A stretch of 55,130 nucleotides of DNA. Source: a virus. Its lineage: Duplodnaviria; Caudoviricetes. The stretch lies in IMG/VR virus record IMGVR_UViG_3300008097_000008, positions 1 through 55,130 of that record; one strand, given 5' to 3'. Positions 51,901 to 55,130 of this stretch are shown piece after piece. The notes below the pieces were generated by a model, which made no database searches, was not told where the DNA came from, and was given only the letters and a program-made list of their open reading frames with translations. Position 1 is the first letter of the stretch. Each line of letters opens with the position of its first letter. A program made the translations under genes and the position numbers.

Positions 51901-53309
51901 TTACCAATGTAACTGGTAGCTTTACTGCATCCGAATCTCTTAGTGAGACAGGTGGATTTACTGGTACTGTAAGTAACGTAACATATAGTGGTGATTCTCG
52001 TGGTGCATACTTAACAAGTGTTCCTACATTTGCAGCAGATGATAAAGAGGTATTGATATACCATAGAAATCACTGTATGCACAATAGAACAAATAATGTT
52101 ACTGTTGAAGGTGCAGTATCTGAAATAGCAGATACAGTATTAACAAGTGCATTGTCAATTGGAACTACTACTATTAACTGTGAAGATGGATCAGATTTCC
52201 ATGATATTGTTAATGGTGCAGCAATAAGTGCTAGTAATCCTGGATACCTTATGATAGGTGATGAGATAATTCAGTACTCTGCTATAGCAGCTGATGGTAA
52301 ATCAATTACTGTAGCTACTGGTGGTAGAGGTGCTAATAGTACTACCGAAGTTGCACATGCTTCTGGTGATGTTATTAAGTGTTATAACTTAGATGGTATT
52401 CCACTTATTGATATTAATAAGACTCATACAAGTATATCTTGTCCTTGGTTAGATACCTATATGCTTCATATAACTGGTGTAGCAACAAATGGTATACGTG
52501 GTGGTGGTGATCTAATTTGGGCTAGTCAGAACACACAATTTGAAACTCTGACTCCAAATATTTCAACAATGGATTTACCAGAAACTGATATTACTACCAC
52601 TATTAATACAACTAGTGCAACTTCTATTGGTAATGGAAGTACTAGTGTTGATCAGGCTTCGTTTGTTAATGATGGAACATATATTCCTGTAACTCTTAAC
52701 AATATGAATATCTTTGATAACCCAAGAATGGTTTGTTCTGAGGTTAATGAACTTGCTAAGTTGAGTGGTACTAAGTCTCTTACAATGAGGATTCAATTAT
52801 CTACAGAGAAGGCATCACTATCTCCTGTTGTTGACCTTGATAGATGTTCATTGATAACTACAATGAATAGAATCAATAAGTGGCCAGGTGGTCCTGAAGC
52901 ATACGGTCAGCAAAATAATATAGATACAACACAGGATGTTTCTGTATTACCATTTGGTGATCAGAATGACGCTGTTTATATAACTCGTCTTGCTAGACTT
53001 GCTAGAGAATCAAGATCTATAAGAGTTGATTTCCAGATGTCACGTCCTCCTCAGTCAGAGGTTAGAGTATACTATAGAGTATTCATGACTGGTAGTGGTG
53101 ATGATGTTGATTCAGTTGGTTGGACTCTAATGCCAGCACCATTACAGTATGATGATTCTCCATCAGAAGAAATTCTTTGGAAGGATTACTACTATGAAAC
53201 TAGTGGATTGAACTTTAACGCATTCCAACTTAAGATTGTAATGAGATCTTCAAACCAAGCTAGAGTACCTTTAATTGCAGACTTACGTGCTATTTGCCTC
53301 GCAACATAA
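45957..53309 (+). CDS. VrlC-like / DUF4815-type virion structural protein (2450 aa)
   Basis: NLNVTPYYDDFD...RVLFRPGFPIQARELT; RYTMKDIGDLENR; DPLAQSF; LFKSQNASTWT...DLKF; follows g8, as I recall for cyanomyoviruses. Confidence 0.85.
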   Translation: MAQNTNLNVTPYYDDFDKDKNFYRVLFRPGFPIQARELTTMQSILQNQIESMGTATFKEGAMVIPGQVGYDLNVQAILIQESFLGSEVETYRDQLDGAIIEGLTTGVRAKVLYSISATTSEKGYITLYVKYIDSGDTTSSTSSKTFQINEQLIADKEITFGSTLIEIGTPFAQLLPVNATEVGSAAYISEGVYYIRGHFVNVPTAYLLLDQYSNNPSYRVGLEVLESIITPEDDESLNDNAAGTSNYSAPGGHRFRIKTQFVKRLIEDDADKDFIELLRINKSRVENFVNRTAYSELERSMARRTYEESGDYVIDTFDVKAREHLNDGFNNGVYALNETSADGNLADEGKLAIEVSPGKAYVKGYRTEFIAPQYVDVDKPRDFDMSNNSIINFNLGNFVKVYDVWGWPEISGDGVTDGYQTLDLYDTWTLNSTNDEPGGGNKIGRCRCIQLQAASTAASNSSQSGTAASAGVFDMWFFDAQMFTALNINNAVHSAVASTPGISAGRRIVGKTSGASGYVADTGNQTHYIQLEHVSGKFTIGEILEHDGLNVGTLEAAHTYQLTDTRSSFGYTGGGAVRFGCNWVLNDVWPIECTTVAIDQASNQEITGFRTRFENDLRPGDVITTTVSDFEGKNSLRIERVDQTAIGVTKQNKKSTVADADVIFNYDTQVAEIEVASSMNAGAISDGDYSDVVRMRPFVFQKDYQNGELSFDLPEDTMRSISDESFFVYRNFASKTVTTGSITFTVPENEAFGAMSSENFTLTIVANGGSGTWANGQNIDVDSEVSGGNLTATYGANNQSISIGGLGSVATVTLTALVSKNTVTKKLKTASKMQALKVFKTNQKLDSQPTGLEYSSLYGTRCQDEAISFGINDVYNIHAIYESYDNNDASSPYVVLTESVFFAAGTLIEGKTSGARGRVISFQNSSLKLYFVALNEKPFIIGETINGFDLSGGPLAGIVDDSAGSIFKGSKVITDQFTLESGQRTNYYDSSRLTRLPSTIAPTRRLLIIFDYLSHESSGDYFSNESYTGITYKEIPNYKLDGSIKYIRDQIDFRPGVKELRNGQGTVGSPYYVNCTTFDFVSRVFSTVSGAGAATVFDIMQINSSFRADYTWYLPRIDYLYLSHDSKLRIQKGVSGKFLIPPDRVENSMLLATIEYKPYVFDPERDILITAEVIRRYTMKDIGDLENRLTNVEYYTSLSMLESQADNTKTYDENGFDRLKNGYVVDDFTDHTIGDVLNADYKCSLDFREGQLRPQHYTTNVGLVYNETDSADVVKTEGNVIMLPFEDEPIIAQPYASRTENINPFNVFTFIGRIDLTPASDDWVDIERLPARVENIEGDFSSVSKDMQVDQNGFAPIQWGSWQTNWTGETLQSSSQQRSSSGTFGVGRQLGRAGHGQRRQGLFYLHERRTYRVVNNQARQGVRSRVVPKIERRSLGDTVLSRSTIPWIRSRNIGFNVDRMKPRTRFYAFFDGVNVTNNITPKVIEIVKNSSTDARTNETPFVVGETVTGQTSGCQLKVVAPDDGYKTNPYGKGTEVLPTSYSSQTIYLNHDITAISETVSPDYFGNMQVGEVLVGQTSGARAVVGDRRLLTDNVGNIQGCFFVPSPKNDANPRWATGTRTFRFTTNEENSKALGVVDSSADTTYSASGTLQTVQENVLAVRNAEIVRDTVSEDRVVTTTRTESRQIGWYDPLAQSFIVEEEGGVFLSSVDLFFNTKDTNIPVSMQIRTMENGYPTKTILPFSDITVTPDQIEISETASVKTNFKFKAPVYIKSSTEYCFVLLSDSNEYKIWISRMGDVDVTGTRTISEQPYAGVLFKSQNASTWTADQYEDLKFTIYRANFTKDQGTVVLNNTPQGKGNGGVHRLINNPIQTIKPKQVLSLDPQTTQYTFTDGARVTQTGTNATATVVSSTTSSSVADTVTVTDITGNWLDGSSYILTSYQAEATITVGSGTGALEVGDTVVGGSSGIQGLVKSYVGATLILTNVTGSFTASESLSETGGFTGTVSNVTYSGDSRGAYLTSVPTFAADDKEVLIYHRNHCMHNRTNNVTVEGAVSEIADTVLTSALSIGTTTINCEDGSDFHDIVNGAAISASNPGYLMIGDEIIQYSAIAADGKSITVATGGRGANSTTEVAHASGDVIKCYNLDGIPLIDINKTHTSISCPWLDTYMLHITGVATNGIRGGGDLIWASQNTQFETLTPNISTMDLPETDITTTINTTSATSIGNGSTSVDQASFVNDGTYIPVTLNNMNIFDNPRMVCSEVNELAKLSGTKSLTMRIQLSTEKASLSPVVDLDRCSLITTMNRINKWPGGPEAYGQQNNIDTTQDVSVLPFGDQNDAVYITRLARLARESRSIRVDFQMSRPPQSEVRVYYRVFMTGSGDDVDSVGWTLMPAPLQYDDSPSEEILWKDYYYETSGLNFNAFQLKIVMRSSNQARVPLIADLRAICLAT

Positions 53310-53548
53310 TGGATGTAAAAGATTTAATACCTGTTGATGGTAAAGAGGGTTGGTTTAGGGATCCTAATACCAATGCTATAATTAATGCCAATCAATCAGA
53401 ATATGATAAATACATGGCGACTTACAACAAGCGTCAAAAAGAAATTTCGGAGAAAAAGGCTTTACAAAATGATGTTTCTGAGTTAAAATCAGAGATAAGT
53501 GAGATAAAGTCACTCTTGAAAACGTTAGCTAACAAAACCGTATCATGA
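53309..53548 (+). CDS. hypothetical protein with C-terminal coiled coil
   Basis: ATG 53309 via TAATG coupling; RDPNTNAIIN motif; LKSEISEIKSLL heptads. Confidence 0.8.
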   Translation: MDVKDLIPVDGKEGWFRDPNTNAIINANQSEYDKYMATYNKRQKEISEKKALQNDVSELKSEISEIKSLLKTLANKTVS

Positions 53549-53790
53549 CAGACCCAGTAGAAAAAGTATCTCAAGAACAGATGCTTGCTCAATTTAAAGA
53601 GCGTTTGCAAAATTTGGTGAATGAAAACCAAGAGGCCGCAAAGAAGATTAAAGATAATGAAGTAGTTGCTTTGAAACTACAAGGTGCTATTGAGGCACTG
53701 GAATATTATCAAGAGAACCCACCAGAGACAGGTGAAACCACATTAGATAATGTAGATATACCTGGAGATGACATCTCAGACCAAGAATAA
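53545..53790 (+). CDS. hypothetical coiled-coil protein
   Basis: ATGA overlap; ALKLQGAIEALEYY motif. Confidence 0.8.
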   Translation: MTDPVEKVSQEQMLAQFKERLQNLVNENQEAAKKIKDNEVVALKLQGAIEALEYYQENPPETGETTLDNVDIPGDDISDQE

Positions 53791-53795
53791 TTATT

Positions 53796-53819
53796 AGGAG
53801 GACGTAAGTCCTCCTTTTT
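53796..53819 (+). terminator. intrinsic terminator
   Basis: Stem AGGAGGAC/GTCCTCCT, GTAA (GNRA) loop, T-tract. Confidence 0.9.
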
Positions 53820-53825
53820 AATGAC

Positions 53826-53832
53826 ATAAATA
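53826..53832 (+). promoter_or_regulatory. T4-type late promoter ATAAATA
   Basis: Immediately after the terminator, 39 nt before the fibre ATG. Confidence 0.8.
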
Positions 53833-53871
53833 ACTGGGAAGCATGTTCTCAAGAGTTGTCCTAGAAATAAA

Positions 53872-55130
53872 ATGGCAAATAGAATTCAATTAAGACGAGG
53901 TGGTGCTCAGGAATGGGCAAACTCAAATCCTACATTAGCACAAGGCGAATTGGGGGTAGAATTAGACACTGGTCGATTTAAAATTGGAGATGGCGTTACA
54001 GCGTGGAACTCTTTAAGGTATGAGCGTCCAGTTGAATCTACATCTAATACTGCAAACACATTAGTACAGAGAGACCCTGATGGTAACTTTGCTGCTGGTA
54101 CTGTTACTGCAACTTTGATTGGTAATGCTTCAACTTCTACAAGACTTGCTTCAACTCGTCAGATTCAACTCTCTGATGACATTCAAGCATCTGGAGTATT
54201 TGACGGATCTACAAACTTAAACCTTGCTACATCTTTAGAACTTATTTCAACGTTACCACATTATGATGGTACAGCAACAGCAGAAGGTACGTATACTAAA
54301 GTTACTGTTGATGCTAAGGGAAGAATTAAAACAGCAACTAACCCAACTACTCTTGCTGCATATGGATTAGACACAAGTATAGAAGGAACTGGTGCTCAAC
54401 CATATGATAATGATCTTAATGCTATAGCAAGTCTTACTACAACTGGTTTAATTGCTAGAACTAGTTCTGGTTCTATGAGCACTAGAACGATAACTGGTAC
54501 TGCTACAAGAATTTCTATTACTGATGGTGGAGGTATTAATGATAATCCAACCATCGATCTTATTACTACTGCTGTTACTCCTGCTGAATATAACGCAGCA
54601 TCACTAACATCAGTTGCAGGTTCAGAAACTGTTAATGCTACTAACTACACAGTTGATGATTATGGTAGATTAACAGCATCTGTAACTCTACCAATTGCAA
54701 CGGCAACTCAAGGAACTACTGCAGCTGCATATGATAATGCAGCAACATATAATAGAAATTCTCAGATAACAAATGCATCTAATCTCTATCAAGCTATTGC
54801 AGATATAACTGCTGGAGCTGGAGCACCTACACATACTGATGCTACTGATGCTGGATCATGGAGATGGCTTGGTGCTAGTGCAACACCTCAAAAAGGACTT
54901 GCTTCATTTGACCAAGAAGATTTTGATGTATCTGCAGCAGGACATGTTACATTCGCTGCTGGTGCTATTGATAATGATCAATTACAAAACAGTAGAGTTT
55001 CCTTTGCTGATGGTAACACGAAAGAGGACTTCGACCTCGACCAAGAACTAACTGCTACTACAGGATACCGTGGATTCAATTATCTCAACTATGTCAAGGT
55101 TAATGATACAAGCGGTAATCTACTGTTTGG
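53872..55130 (+). CDS. tail fibre protein, 5' part (runs off the window)
   Basis: Not in the ORF track because it has no stop; MANRIQLRRGGAQEWANSNPTLAQGELGVELDTGRFKIGDGVTAWNSL is an Mtd_N-like fibre start; also YTKVTVDAKGRI fibre repeats. Confidence 0.88.
   Translation, partial: MANRIQLRRGGAQEWANSNPTLAQGELGVELDTGRFKIGDGVTAWNSLRYERPVESTSNTANTLVQRDPDGNFAAGTVTATLIGNASTSTRLASTRQIQLSDDIQASGVFDGSTNLNLATSLELISTLPHYDGTATAEGTYTKVTVDAKGRIKTATNPTTLAAYGLDTSIEGTGAQPYDNDLNAIASLTTTGLIARTSSGSMSTRTITGTATRISITDGGGINDNPTIDLITTAVTPAEYNAASLTSVAGSETVNATNYTVDDYGRLTASVTLPIATATQGTTAAAYDNAATYNRNSQITNASNLYQAIADITAGAGAPTHTDATDAGSWRWLGASATPQKGLASFDQEDFDVSAAGHVTFAAGAIDNDQLQNSRVSFADGNTKEDFDLDQELTATTGYRGFNYLNYVKVNDTSGNLLF

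Noticed and set aside
369-53631. Minus-strand and alternative-frame ORFs in the track (e.g. 3060-3392, 5066-5440, 44894-45316, 50863-51189)
   Set aside because: Almost all overlap well-supported + strand genes, lack family motifs and RBSs, and read as shadows of the coding-strand codon bias.
53872-55130. Mtd_N-like fibre start suggesting a diversity-generating retroelement
   Set aside because: No reverse transcriptase and no template/variable repeat pair differing at adenines is visible, and this N-terminal domain is common in ordinary fibres. The fibre's C-terminus lies outside the window.
1-55130. tRNA, rRNA, integrase or homing endonuclease genes
   Set aside because: None recognised by eye. 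Intergenic space is minimal outside 2378-3153. A covariance-model scan was not possible.

Overview
The window is a segment of a T4-like marine cyanomyovirus genome. It is AT-rich, which suggests a Prochlorococcus or low-GC Synechococcus host, and every credible gene is on the + strand. 1-3540 holds a run of small early-type ORFs with near-consensus sigma70 promoters, a cluster of cyanobacterial-type DnaA boxes and a structured non-coding gap. 3530-10400 holds a virion protein, an extended PAAR spike-tip protein, and an island of heme oxygenase (ho1) plus four 2OG-Fe(II) oxygenase domains in three genes. 10396-55130 is the baseplate/tail module: gp25, gp6, an 8391-aa gp7, a gp9/gp10-like protein, a 1700-aa virion protein, gp8, a 2450-aa VrlC-like protein and the start of a tail fibre, punctuated by (A/C)TAAATA late promoters. 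The most striking observation is inside gp7. About 2200 aa consist of 21 copies of a ~100-aa domain that are inserted recursively into one another's loops rather than in tandem, and by hand they parse as a fully balanced nesting tree up to 7 levels deep. The tree sits inside a helical repeat whose Cys-x-(R/T/D)-D...GG spacing matches the bilin-attachment helix of phycobiliproteins. All calls come from reading the sequence and recalled family motifs; no searches were run.
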